Positions 28,513-37,160 are shown, counted from the stretch's first letter. The stretch: 42,872 nt of DNA from a virus (IMGVR_UViG_2718217859_000008:1-42872); one strand, 5' to 3'. Notes: generated by a model from the sequence alone, not told the origin. Translations and numbers: made by a program.

Positions 28513-28868
28513 TCACTTTCAATTTTGTAAATCTTCACGCCCAGCCGCCCACCAGGAACGAGCTGACCGCGCACAATATTGATTTCATCAAACTGCTCGT
28601 CGTCGATAAGCAATCCCGCATGTATCAGTGCATCCAGTGGTGCTTTCAGGATATTGTCCAGGTCACGACGGCGCTTATCCGGTGGCTCTGCAATAATCTT
28701 TATCGCCAGCCTTCCGGACAGATTTAATTTCAGCCGCTGCTGGCGAACAATAAGTGCCACATCACGGCGATAACGCTTACCGGCTTCCGATATAAAATAC
28801 GTGCTGCCACGGCGTCGCCAGTAGGTGTTCACCGTCGGCGGGTAAGGCAAAACAAATTCTATACGCAT
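28509..28868 (-). CDS. rusA: Holliday junction resolvase RusA
   Basis: 119 aa; PPTVNTYWRR and RRDLDNILKAPLDAL match the RusA signature; AAGAGG 7 nt upstream of the ATG. Confidence 0.85.
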   Translation of the reverse strand: MRIEFVLPYPPTVNTYWRRRGSTYFISEAGKRYRRDVALIVRQQRLKLNLSGRLAIKIIAEPPDKRRRDLDNILKAPLDALIHAGLLIDDEQFDEINIVRGQLVPGGRLGVKIYKIESE

Positions 28869-28880
28869 CAGTAACCTCTT

Positions 28881-29930
28881 TTACCCGAGCACGCCGGTTG
28901 CAAAGGCGCGATCAAGAAAACGAAAAATTAAATCAATCTGGGAACCATGCTTTTCTTCGAACGCCAGCGGATCCGCATGAAGCTCGTTGTGATGCTCCCG
29001 ACACAGCGGTAGCGTGAAAATATCGTGGGATTTTGTTCCCATTCCACCCTGACCATGACCAATCAGGTGATGGGGATCGTCGGCTGGCTGACCACAACAC
29101 GCACACGGCTGTGTCTTTACCCAGCGAGTGTATTTCTCATTTACCCAACGGCGACGTTTAGGTCGCTTCATGAAAGATTCCGGAGACTCCGGATCAACAG
29201 CAATGCTGACAACCGCCTTTTCCTGCGGTGAGTTCTGTTGCTGGTGGACGTGAGGCGATAGCACAATATTTTTTGTGCGCTGCTTCAGTATGCTGGTGGC
29301 TGTCTGCTCTCCCGGTATGATGTCGCTTTCGCGGTACACCGAGCGAATTTTTTCCGCACGTAACCCCAGAGAACGACGTAATACTACCTCCGGTAGTGCG
29401 TCCGCCACCTGATTGCAGACAGCCCACCAGGATAATTCAGCCAGCGATAATTCCCGCTCCTGCGCACCGCTTATTGCGTGACGGATGACGTCAATCATCC
29501 ATGCTGTCAGGTTTTGTTGAGCAAGTTGCTCAAGTGATTCTGAGGTCTGGTCACGCAGCTGGTTGTCGCAGTGCCAGCACAACACCATCGCGTCGGTACC
29601 GTAACGATGTATGACGGTTTCACTGTGATGGTAGTCACCATGAGGCCACTGGCAGGATTTAACATGACGCAGGAGCCAGTCAGACAGTGCACCAGCGCCG
29701 CCGGCAGCACGAATCACCCGTTCGTCGCTGAAAAATGGCAGCAATGATTTATCTTCCGCCAGCGGCTGGCGAACGGCAGGAACAACTCCGGACGGCAGAC
29801 CGCGCATGCTTTTCGGTTCCGGCTCCACCAGCACTCGAGGGTTATGAAATACCTGCATGGATTCACGGCCCGGCTTAAGGACCACCAGCCCGAGTTCCGG
29901 CACCGGAACAGGTCGAAGTAATACCCGCAC
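28881..29930 (-). CDS. DUF968-family protein (YdfU-like, 349 aa)
   Basis: Size and position as for Qin YdfU; C-terminal Cys/His cluster (CACCGQPADDPHHLIGHG...CREHHNELH); GTG start at 29930 with GGAGG 5 nt upstream. Confidence 0.6.
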   Translation of the reverse strand: MRVLLRPVPVPELGLVVLKPGRESMQVFHNPRVLVEPEPKSMRGLPSGVVPAVRQPLAEDKSLLPFFSDERVIRAAGGAGALSDWLLRHVKSCQWPHGDYHHSETVIHRYGTDAMVLCWHCDNQLRDQTSESLEQLAQQNLTAWMIDVIRHAISGAQERELSLAELSWWAVCNQVADALPEVVLRRSLGLRAEKIRSVYRESDIIPGEQTATSILKQRTKNIVLSPHVHQQQNSPQEKAVVSIAVDPESPESFMKRPKRRRWVNEKYTRWVKTQPCACCGQPADDPHHLIGHGQGGMGTKSHDIFTLPLCREHHNELHADPLAFEEKHGSQIDLIFRFLDRAFATGVLG

Positions 29931-29931
29931 G

Positions 29932-30210
29932 TTACCTCCAGATCCGTTGCTGGAATGTGCGGGATGGACGCGGCGGGCGTTCGGAATAAGGGAGTCTGAC
30001 GTAGATTATCCAGTGACGATAATCGAGACTGAGGGCTTTCTTAAACTCATACCCACGTCTGCGGTAGTTATGAATCAGCCATTCGGCCTGTTCTTCAGTG
30101 CAGGGATCGTGCTGATACCAGTCATATTTGAATGCGTGAGAACGCAGCCCGTGCCTGCTGGCAAAAACGGCAGAATCATCAGAATTGTGTAATTTGGTAT
30201 CGTGCGCCAT
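29932..30210 (-). CDS. hypothetical protein (92 aa), Rem-like position
   Basis: ATG at 30208-30210 chosen because the longer track ORF runs through the hok terminator; sits where rem lies in Qin (between hok and ydfU). Confidence 0.4.
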   Translation of the reverse strand: MAHDTKLHNSDDSAVFASRHGLRSHAFKYDWYQHDPCTEEQAEWLIHNYRRRGYEFKKALSLDYRHWIIYVRLPYSERPPRPSRTFQQRIWR

Positions 30211-30280
30211 CGGTTGTCTCTGCTGGCGCAGCAGGTGCCAGTTGTTCAGGCTGGCGTGCGAATTGTAAACCAGAATGCAC

Positions 30281-30309
30281 AGAAAAAACAAAACCCGCCG
30301 AAGCGGGTT
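30281..30309 (-). terminator. rho-independent terminator after hok
   Basis: Stem aacccgc/gcgggtt with loop cgaa (30292-30309), followed on the minus strand by TTGTTTTTTCT. Confidence 0.7.
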
Positions 30310-30377
30310 AAGTGCGGGTGCGTTGAGGAAGCCTGACACATCAGAGGTGGCGAGGGATTTCTCCCCCGCCAGGTCTC

Positions 30378-30533
30378 TTACTCCTCAGGTTCGTAAGCTG
30401 TGAAGACAGCGACCTCCGTCTGGCCGGTTCGGATTCGTACCTCGCAGAGGTCTTTCCTCGTTACCAGTGCCGTCACTATAACGGTTAAACAGATGACGAT
30501 CAGGGCGATTAACATCGCCTTTTGCTGCTTCAT
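30378..30533 (-). CDS. hok: Hok-family type I toxin (51 aa)
   Basis: MKQQKAMLIALIVICLTVIVTALVTRKDLCEVRIRTGQTEVAVFTAYEPEE matches HokD/RelF as recalled; AAGGAG 9 nt upstream of the ATG at 30531-30533. Confidence 0.9.
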   Translation of the reverse strand: MKQQKAMLIALIVICLTVIVTALVTRKDLCEVRIRTGQTEVAVFTAYEPEE

Positions 30534-30726
30534 AGCCTGCTTCTCCTTGCCTTTCGGCACGTAAGAGGCTAACCTACGTGTGCAAGTCATAGATATGGCC
30601 TCAGATTAATGTTAAGCGTCTTGCAGGACGCGTAATGTTAACTGGGGCTTTTCTCTGTCTGCCTTACGGCGGCATGCCCGAGGCAGATAGCCTCAAGCAC
30701 CCGCAGCAATTCTACTTAACTCTCGC

Positions 30727-30882
30727 TTTACAGCAAACCGTTTTTGCCCGATATGGGAATTCCCATACGGAATGAATTCAGTTCCCCAGGCGATCCATCA
30801 AAAACACAACCAGGCAGTAAACACCCACAACAGCAATAACAGCCAGAGCGCCTTCCATTACCAGTGAAATATCATCCGACAT
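30727..30882 (-). CDS. small membrane protein (51 aa)
   Basis: Hand translation MSDDISLVMEGALAVIAVVGVYCLVVFLMDRLGNLNSFRMGIPISGKNGLL; GGGAGGG 5 nt upstream of the ATG at 30880-30882; below the ORF-track cut-off. Confidence 0.35.
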
Positions 30883-30991
30883 ATTCCCTCCCTTGGTGTG
30901 AATTCCGGCGAACGTTTTTACCCCCACCGACAAATAACATATACTAGAAAAGCAATAGCTATAGCAACGCCTGCAAATGCATCGGGCCGGC

Positions 30992-31825
30992 TCATTGGTG
31001 CGCCCCCTGTATCGCTTCTACTGCGATCTGACTGGCGTATTTGTTAATGGTAACGATAAGTTCTTGCTCGGCCTCATCCAGACAACCACCGATACCTCGC
31101 CTGTCACCTTCAGAAGCATCGAAATCTGCACGAAGCCTGGCGACCTTCAGGATTGCGGACAACACCTCATCAGGGATTGCCGGAGAGTTGGTTGACGTTT
31201 CCGAGGTTATCCGAAAATTATTGGTTGACGAATTCTTATTTTCCCGAAAGTTTTCGGCATGAAGCATGGCGGTGTTATACCCATCCGCGAAAATCTCTGC
31301 TTCTTCGTTATTCAGTTCGGCACCAAGTTTAAGCGCAATAGCTTTTGCCATTGAGGCGGTAATTTGATGGCATGGCTGACGTCCATGAAGCATGGCGTCG
31401 CTCCGCTCTATGCCATCCAGCGCAATTCGAAGCGCATGAATTGTAGTAATGCTATCGTTTGGGGTTATTCCGTATCGTTCGAATACAGCGATATGGTTGC
31501 GCATAATCGCAGGTGTAAGCTCTTTGTAAGCAAGAGCAAGAGGTCCAGATACATCGTTCAGCACTACCGTCATCGGTGAGGCGGCGTAGACTTCAATAAT
31601 CCCAGTATCAATAGGCCATTCCCCATCCTTGATATAGTAACTTGTTCCGTCAACTTGCTGTTCTACAATGTGGAAAGTACCTATTGGTTCTGCTTCCAGC
31701 GATGCCAGTGCAATTTTGAATAACTCGCCCTCTACCTGTGCCATCCCTGAATTTGGGTGGCATTTCGCAATCGCTATTTTTAATTTGGCTTCTTCGATTA
31801 ATTGCTCTTTGGTTAATTCTGCCAT
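30992..31825 (-). CDS. hypothetical protein (277 aa), nin-region
   Basis: Long ORF with a hairpin (ccgccc/gggcgg, 31833-31850) just upstream of the start; no recognised family. Confidence 0.5.
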   Translation of the reverse strand: MAELTKEQLIEEAKLKIAIAKCHPNSGMAQVEGELFKIALASLEAEPIGTFHIVEQQVDGTSYYIKDGEWPIDTGIIEVYAASPMTVVLNDVSGPLALAYKELTPAIMRNHIAVFERYGITPNDSITTIHALRIALDGIERSDAMLHGRQPCHQITASMAKAIALKLGAELNNEEAEIFADGYNTAMLHAENFRENKNSSTNNFRITSETSTNSPAIPDEVLSAILKVARLRADFDASEGDRRGIGGCLDEAEQELIVTINKYASQIAVEAIQGAHQ

Positions 31826-31920
31826 TTTTATTACCGCCCTTTCGGGCGGCCTCCTGATGATTGAGGGTGCAGGGTTCCCTCCAGTAAAGGATTAATCTTT
31901 ATTTACAATGCTGAATTTAA

Positions 31921-32226
31921 TTATTCAGATTTGGATTCCGCTTTCAGAACAGCCTCTGCCATTCTGATATCTGAATTTTCTGAAATCATCTTTTCTGGTG
32001 AATCGCAGTCACCACCACATTCAGTAATGCGTTCGTAACCAGAACGAATTGTGATTTTATACGCATTAATCATTTGCATAAGCGCGTCTGTCAATTCTAC
32101 AATGCGTTTGTCTTTATCTTCCAGTTCATCAAGAACCTTCTTTATGGCTGGTGAATGTGTCATATAACTCGCAGCCGGACCAGCAAGCATTATCCTGAGC
32201 TGTGCTTTCGCTTTTTCTATTCTCAT
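31921..32226 (-). CDS. hypothetical protein (101 aa)
   Basis: Tightly packed with neighbours (starts 1 nt after the upstream stop). Confidence 0.45.
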   Translation of the reverse strand: MRIEKAKAQLRIMLAGPAASYMTHSPAIKKVLDELEDKDKRIVELTDALMQMINAYKITIRSGYERITECGGDCDSPEKMISENSDIRMAEAVLKAESKSE

Positions 32227-32538
32227 CTATGCCATCACCTTGTTTCGCAACCAGACACAAACCGGACCATCTTCAGTATCATGAATGGAGCCAATAAACC
32301 AGCCTTCGCCCTCTGGTCGTTCCGGTTCCCAGGCGGAAATATCGGGGTCATCTGCAACCGGATTTAAATAATCTTCATCCATGCTGCAAATAGTCCACTG
32401 AAGATTATTTGCCTTCATCCAGGCGTTAAACTCTTCCGTTGAAATATATTCCCGACCGTCACAGAATTTTTCATATTCTGGATGTATCCAGCAGCCATAT
32501 TCATCACGTTCTACTGGTATTTCTCTAATTTCATTCAT
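32227..32538 (-). CDS. hypothetical acidic protein (103 aa)
   Basis: ORF overlaps the upstream gene by 8 nt (operon packing). Confidence 0.45.
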   Translation of the reverse strand: MNEIREIPVERDEYGCWIHPEYEKFCDGREYISTEEFNAWMKANNLQWTICSMDEDYLNPVADDPDISAWEPERPEGEGWFIGSIHDTEDGPVCVWLRNKVMA

Positions 32539-32785
32539 TTCTGTTCTCCCACGTTTTCAGACTTTCACCGCAGAACGGGCAAAATGAAACCCGAACTGGT
32601 GATTTAGAAAATTCACCGGATCGCAACATCACCAAATCAGGGCCGCGAGTTAAACTCTCATTCCAGATTTCGTATATCAGCAGACCTTTTCGCGTCGTGT
32701 ATTCAGCATCATGCTCAAGGGAGTTTGCCAGTGCCGTACACGGTTCTATCTTGTTGCCATAAACCTGGCATTTTGATTTACCCAC
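32531..32785 (-). CDS. hypothetical protein with Cys4-like motif (84 aa)
   Basis: C-x...C at the N-terminus and CPFC near the C-terminus suggest a zinc ribbon; overlaps the methyltransferase gene by 8 nt. Confidence 0.45.
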   Translation of the reverse strand: MGKSKCQVYGNKIEPCTALANSLEHDAEYTTRKGLLIYEIWNESLTRGPDLVMLRSGEFSKSPVRVSFCPFCGESLKTWENRNE

Positions 32786-33266
32786 TGGTCGCTTCCTTCA
32801 CAAAAATAATCCAATGTGTTTTATCGTTCTTACCGGTGCGCTGGCTGATGATTGGTTTCGCGTCGGTTAGTGCCAATATCTGGCGGACAGGTATTTGCGT
32901 TTCATTCCATTTAAAAATCAGAACACCGTGTGGCCACAACACACGAAAGGCTTCTTTAAATCCCTGCCGCAAATCATCACGCCAGGTATCTTTATTCAGC
33001 CGTCCATATTTCTTTCCCATCCAGGCGTTATCACCAACACGCTCAAGATGCGGAGGGTCGAATACAACAACCGGAAACGATGCGTCTGCAAATGGTAATG
33101 CACGAAAATCTGCTATCAGGTCAGGGCTAATTATCAGGCGTCGTCCATCACATAATGTGTGCTCTTCTTTTCTGATATCGCTAAATATCGCCCGGTCGTC
33201 ATTCTTATCGAACCAGAACATACGACTGCCACAGGACATATCAAGAATGGTTGCCGATTCGCTCAC
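32778..33266 (-). CDS. putative small SAM-dependent DNA methyltransferase (162 aa)
   Basis: Motif I-like ILDMSCGSR and motif IV-like VVVFDPPH (DPPH); no cognate endonuclease gene nearby. Confidence 0.5.
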   Translation of the reverse strand: MSESATILDMSCGSRMFWFDKNDDRAIFSDIRKEEHTLCDGRRLIISPDLIADFRALPFADASFPVVVFDPPHLERVGDNAWMGKKYGRLNKDTWRDDLRQGFKEAFRVLWPHGVLIFKWNETQIPVRQILALTDAKPIISQRTGKNDKTHWIIFVKEATSG

Positions 33267-33486
33267 TGTTTACCTCCTGCAACGCTACCCGGTACGCCTT
33301 CTTTATCCACGCTGTACTGCCATATAACTTCGTCTTCATAAAAAACACACCTGCACGGCTCGCCGATATCCCCGGACAGGCTAACAGCACTGCATCCACC
33401 ACACGGTTATGCTTCCGGAACTCCATTACAGTACTGCTGATAACCACCTGTCCCACCGGGCCGTAATCCTGATACAGGATTTTCAC
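33241..33486 (-). CDS. hypothetical protein (81 aa)
   Basis: GTG start overlaps the upstream stop (GTGA), with AGGAGGG 8 nt upstream. Confidence 0.45.
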   Translation of the reverse strand: MKILYQDYGPVGQVVISSTVMEFRKHNRVVDAVLLACPGISASRAGVFFMKTKLYGSTAWIKKAYRVALQEVNSERIGNHS

Positions 33487-33791
33487 GCAGACACCCTCCT
33501 GTCGAAATAAACGTAGTTATTCACTGTGCGCAGCGGCATTCCAAATTTTCTGGCGATTTCTCTCCTGGACACGCCACGCTGATGCAGCTGTCGCGCCAGC
33601 TCAATATCACTCTGCGGATATTTTGCTGACTGGTGATAATCACCCCGTAACATCATACTAATACCCAGTTCCCGCGCTTTCGTTCTGACCGCAGCCTCAC
33701 TACGACCAATAAGCATCCCGATGCATTCCACCGTCATTGTTCCCGCACACTGCCGTAGAATCAGTATCTCGGCACGCACCCACTTTTTCAC
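33483..33791 (-). CDS. HTH DNA-binding protein (102 aa)
   Basis: Two HTH-like segments (TVECIGMLIGRSEAAVRTKARELG; VSRREIARKFGMPLRTVNNYV). Confidence 0.45.
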   Translation of the reverse strand: MKKWVRAEILILRQCAGTMTVECIGMLIGRSEAAVRTKARELGISMMLRGDYHQSAKYPQSDIELARQLHQRGVSRREIARKFGMPLRTVNNYVYFDRRVSA

Positions 33792-34189
33792 GATACGAGC
33801 TCCTGAAATCCACCCCTGTAAAAAGCCAGTACCCGCTGCATTGATTCGCTGTTACGACATTCCCGGCAAATTACGTTCTGGTGCCGGTCGTAGGGTTGTA
33901 CTCCGGCCTTACCCTGTTTTTGTGCTGGTTTGCGGATAACCCTTGATTTTTTTGCCGAACTTGCCAGCCATTCACGGTAAACTCTCTCTGAAAGGAATAC
34001 CCCTTTTCCGCTGACAACATACACTTCGCCCTGGCTCACCAGCATCTTCAGGTACCGGCGAATGGAATCATGTGAAGCATATGTTGCCGATGCCAGTTGT
34101 GGCATTGTCATACGCCCGTTTTTACGTACAAGGTCAACGATGTGACGCTGTAACCTTTCCCGCTGTTCTTCGGTATAAATAGCCCCCAT
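33788..34189 (-). CDS. hypothetical winged-helix-like protein (133 aa)
   Basis: ORF directly 3' of the replication initiator gene; no Walker motif, so not a DnaC/P-like loader. Confidence 0.4.
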   Translation of the reverse strand: MGAIYTEEQRERLQRHIVDLVRKNGRMTMPQLASATYASHDSIRRYLKMLVSQGEVYVVSGKGVFLSERVYREWLASSAKKSRVIRKPAQKQGKAGVQPYDRHQNVICRECRNSESMQRVLAFYRGGFQELVS

Positions 34190-34231
34190 AAACTCTCCTG
34201 AGAAAATAACTTCATGACCTCAAATCAGCAC

Positions 34232-35200
34232 TTACCCCCTGAACCCCGGCGGAATTTCGGTATCCGGTTCAGAAATGTGATTCACGCAACGCTGTACAGG
34301 CGAACGCCCCAGACGAATAACCAGCTCATCCCATTTTTCCCGGAGTTTTGCCGGACTCATGATGTTTTTTACCCAGAACGAATCCCGCTGGACACGCCCA
34401 AACATTTCACAAATCTGCCGGTGACTACGTCCATCCAGCATACGCATCATGCGCACATCATTCGCCCAGGTCGTCCAGTTAGGTTCTCTGGGGCGTGATA
34501 CCTCACCATCATCACTGGCGGCCTGTTCATACAACGCAACAACCCGTCCCCAAATCCACTGCGCACAGGCGACATCCTCACGGGTACCCCACTGTCGCTT
34601 CTGCACATTCCAGGTATGCGCATCCGGGTGTTTCTCCAGAAATCGCTCAACTGGTGATGATTGTTTTTTGTCCGGCAGTGAAACGTCAGGACAAGAAGAT
34701 CTTTTATCTGACGGATCAGGTTTTAATACTGACGGATCGGGGTCAATCATCGCCCCCCTAATCGGCAGTTTTTTATCAACCGTTGATCCATCAAAATTTG
34801 ACGGGTCAACCGTTGAGGGGTCAATATTTGACGGGTCAACTGTTAACGGGTCATTTTTTGCCGGGCTAATTTTTCTTTTCGGTTTATATGACTCACGCGC
34901 CGCCGCAGCTGCTGCTTCGAGTTTTTCCACATTAAGCCGATAGATATTGCTTACATTACGCCCACCGACCTTACGCTCTTCCTTCGTCAGCCAGCCCTCT
35001 TTCGCCAGTTCTGCAATAGCCGATTTCACTGTGGATTCACTTCTTGCACCGATCTGACGCCGGATAGTTTCAATAGCAGGCCATGACACGCCCTCGTCAT
35101 TGCTGTAGTCTGCAAGACGGGCCATCACTGCCACCCGGGATAAGATCATGCCGGTGAAGGCGCATCCTTCCCAGACAAGACCATGAAGCTTGCTGCTCAT
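34232..35200 (-). CDS. replication initiator (O-like replisome organiser) with internal origin
   Basis: N-terminal HTH region; central DPS/VDP peptide repeats encoded by DNA iterons; ATG at 35198-35200 with GGGGG upstream (track start 35215 is GTG). Confidence 0.65.
   Translation of the reverse strand: MSSKLHGLVWEGCAFTGMILSRVAVMARLADYSNDEGVSWPAIETIRRQIGARSESTVKSAIAELAKEGWLTKEERKVGGRNVSNIYRLNVEKLEAAAAAARESYKPKRKISPAKNDPLTVDPSNIDPSTVDPSNFDGSTVDKKLPIRGAMIDPDPSVLKPDPSDKRSSCPDVSLPDKKQSSPVERFLEKHPDAHTWNVQKRQWGTREDVACAQWIWGRVVALYEQAASDDGEVSRPREPNWTTWANDVRMMRMLDGRSHRQICEMFGRVQRDSFWVKNIMSPAKLREKWDELVIRLGRSPVQRCVNHISEPDTEIPPGFRG
34706..34860 (-). repeat. origin iterons inside the initiator gene
   Basis: At least five direct repeats of TGACGG(A/G)TC/GGGTCAA (e.g. 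34709, 34730, 34797, 34816, 34831, 34848) followed by an AT-rich stretch (34850-34890). Confidence 0.6.
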
Positions 35201-35222
35201 AAAACCCCCGAACACCGTGCTG

Positions 35223-35648
35223 TTAGTGCATCACCACGGCATTTCCTGCCGGGCCGCCGCGATTCATCTGGTCATACAAAACAACCGCTGACGCAACAAA
35301 ATCGTCGACATCTTTCACCAACCGATCCCTCCGTTCGACAATCTCACGGTAATACTCAGAACTGTGGCTGCGCATACGGGCCACCAGCAAAGGCGGCATC
35401 GCCTTTTCGATCGCCGGTAACAGAGCCTGCATTTTTTCAACAGCATCAGGGGTGTCTTTATCCAGCCAACGGAAAATTTTCTGGGTATTACGGGCCAGGG
35501 CTTCCGGATGGCTGTCGTCGTACAGTTCCGGGAACGTCATTCCCAGTTCGAAATAAGTCCGGGCTATTTCAGCTGCAGGAACTTTCTCACCATCAGGGTA
35601 TGCCCAGGCATTCATCGCCATGCGGATATGCTCATGTTTGATTTTCAT
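35223..35648 (-). CDS. ydaT: YdaT-like protein (CII-like / reported toxin)
   Basis: 141 aa; N-terminus MKIKHEHI as in Rac YdaT (from memory); directly 3' of the Cro-like gene. Confidence 0.65.
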   Translation of the reverse strand: MKIKHEHIRMAMNAWAYPDGEKVPAAEIARTYFELGMTFPELYDDSHPEALARNTQKIFRWLDKDTPDAVEKMQALLPAIEKAMPPLLVARMRSHSSEYYREIVERRDRLVKDVDDFVASAVVLYDQMNRGGPAGNAVVMH

Positions 35649-35955
35649 GAATCATTTGCCTCTTGATGCTTCGGGTATGATCGTTTTCGTCATTTGGTTG
35701 CTTCATCGACATATTCTGCGAATAACATGACGAGCGTCGTAAGTATGTCCAATCAACATCAGGACGAAGTTCTTCACACAGGACACCACCTTTTGTTGCT
35801 CGTTCAATCGCAGGACATCTCTCAGCAGGCAACTGACGTACACCTTTGATCCATTGATTTACGCTTGGAGGAGATACACCTAAAAGCCTAGCCATTGCTG
35901 ATTGCCCACCGACAACAGCACAAGCTCGTTTGAATGAATAGTTATCTTTTTTCAT
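35632..35955 (-). CDS. ydaS: Cro-like HTH regulator YdaS-like
   Basis: MKKDNYSFKRACAVVGGQSAMARLLGVSPPSVNQWIKGVRQLP matches YdaS as recalled; divergent from the repressor gene. Confidence 0.7.
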   Translation of the reverse strand: MKKDNYSFKRACAVVGGQSAMARLLGVSPPSVNQWIKGVRQLPAERCPAIERATKGGVLCEELRPDVDWTYLRRSSCYSQNMSMKQPNDENDHTRSIKRQMIHENQT

Positions 35956-35982
35956 CGAATGAACTCCAAAAAACACACAATA

Positions 35983-36051
35983 ATATTAGGCTTAGCCTAA
36001 TGTGATTGTCAATAGGCTATGCCTAACGCTTCGAGAGTAGGTATTGCCTAA
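35983..36051. promoter_or_regulatory. OR-like operator cluster with divergent promoters
   Basis: Three sites of form TTAGGC-N3-GCCTAA (35986-36000, 36012-36026, 36038-36051); minus-strand promoter TTGACA (36007-36012) - 18 nt - TAATAT (35983-35988) aimed at ydaS. Confidence 0.6.
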
Positions 36052-36079
36052 CGCGATGCGCATAGGAGACTATTAAGCA

Positions 36080-36556
36080 ATGCTTAGTGGTAAAGACTTA
36101 GGCCGAGCGATAGAGCAGGCCATTAACAAAAAAATTGCATCAGGAGCCGTCAAATCAAAGGCGGAAATCGCACGTCATTTCAAAGTCCAACCACCATCAA
36201 TCCATGACTGGATTAAGAAAGGTTCGATAAGTAAAGACAAACTTCCAGAACTATGGCGTTTCTTTTCTGATGTGGTTGGTCCAGAGCATTGGGGGCTTAA
36301 CGAATACCCCATACCAACCCCATCCACTTCAGATACAAAAAGTGAACTTTTAGACATAAACAGCCTTTATCAAGCCGCCTCTGATGAAAAAAGAGCAATT
36401 GTGGCTTTCCTCTTATCTGGAAATGCTACGGAGCCTAGTTGGGTTGATCATGACGTTCGCGCCTACATTGCCGCAATGGAAATGAAGGTAGCTAACTATC
36501 TGAAAAATCAAGAATCAAAACGGAAAAGCCAGAACATCACCAAGACAGGAACTTAA
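36080..36556 (+). CDS. prophage repressor (CI/RacR-like HTH, 158 aa, no S24 peptidase domain)
   Basis: HTH (KAEIARHFKVQPPSIHDWIKKG); flanked on both sides by the same operator sequence; AGGAG upstream of the ATG; no Ser/Lys autocleavage module evident. Confidence 0.6.
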   Translation: MLSGKDLGRAIEQAINKKIASGAVKSKAEIARHFKVQPPSIHDWIKKGSISKDKLPELWRFFSDVVGPEHWGLNEYPIPTPSTSDTKSELLDINSLYQAASDEKRAIVAFLLSGNATEPSWVDHDVRAYIAAMEMKVANYLKNQESKRKSQNITKTGT

Positions 36557-36650
36557 ACTTATATGGTCCGACGGGAAATTCCTAGTTCCCGTTAGTTAAC
36601 TCCTACTACCTCTCCCACAAACCATCACCTATTAGGTCGCACCCAAATCA

Positions 36651-36693
36651 TTAGGCATAGCCTATTGACAAGCAATTAGGCATTTCCTATAGT
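36651..36693 (+). promoter_or_regulatory. OL-like operators with early-left promoter
   Basis: 36651-36669 is the exact reverse complement of 36008-36026 (19 bp); TTGACA (36665-36670) - 17 nt - TATAGT (36688-36693), with a second operator-like site in the spacer. Confidence 0.65.
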
Positions 36694-36874
36694 TTTCCCA
36701 TACCAACCCATCCCGTCCCACACAATACAGGGCAATACCTAGAGTTACCCGGTAGTGGTCAGGGATTAAGTAGCCAGCCCGAGGCGTATGAACATGACGG
36801 CGGGAACACTTTGTATAACAGCGCAGCAGGTTTTTAGTTCCGCTACCCCAGCGTTAAGGGGAAATGAGGTCAAC

Positions 36875-37030
36875 ATGGATACTATCGATCTTGGCAACAA
36901 CGAATCTCTGGTGTACGGCGTGTTTCCCAACCAGGACGGCACATTCACCGCGATGACGTATACCAAAAGTAAAACGTTTAAAACCGAAACTGGCGCTCGT
37001 CGCTGGCTGGAAAGAAATTCAGGTGAGTGA
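36875..37030 (+). CDS. ydfA: YdfA-like small protein (51 aa)
   Basis: MDTIDLGNNESLVYGVFPNQDGTFTAMTYTKSK; GAGG upstream; first gene after the early-left promoter, as in the Qin dicB operon. Confidence 0.55.
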   Translation: MDTIDLGNNESLVYGVFPNQDGTFTAMTYTKSKTFKTETGARRWLERNSGE

Positions 37031-37031
37031 T

Positions 37032-37160
37032 ATGGATTTCGACGCAATCATGGAAAAGGCTTACGAAGAATACTTCGAAGACCTTGCCGAAGGCGAAGAA
37101 GCTCTCAGCTTCAGTGAGTTTAAACAGGCGCTTTCCAGTTCGGCAAAATCTAACGACTGA
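37032..37160 (+). CDS. ydfB: YdfB-like small acidic protein (42 aa)
   Basis: Hand translation MDFDAIMEKAYEEYFEDLAEGEEALSFSEFKQALSSSAKSND; ATG 2 nt after the ydfA stop; below the ORF-track cut-off. Confidence 0.45.
   Translation: MDFDAIMEKAYEEYFEDLAEGEEALSFSEFKQALSSSAKSND

Noticed and set aside
30378-30590. 70-aa ORF as a separate mok-like gene
   Set aside because: It is in the same frame as hok, so it is only an N-terminal extension; the strong SD sits before the internal ATG at 30533, which is taken as the hok start.
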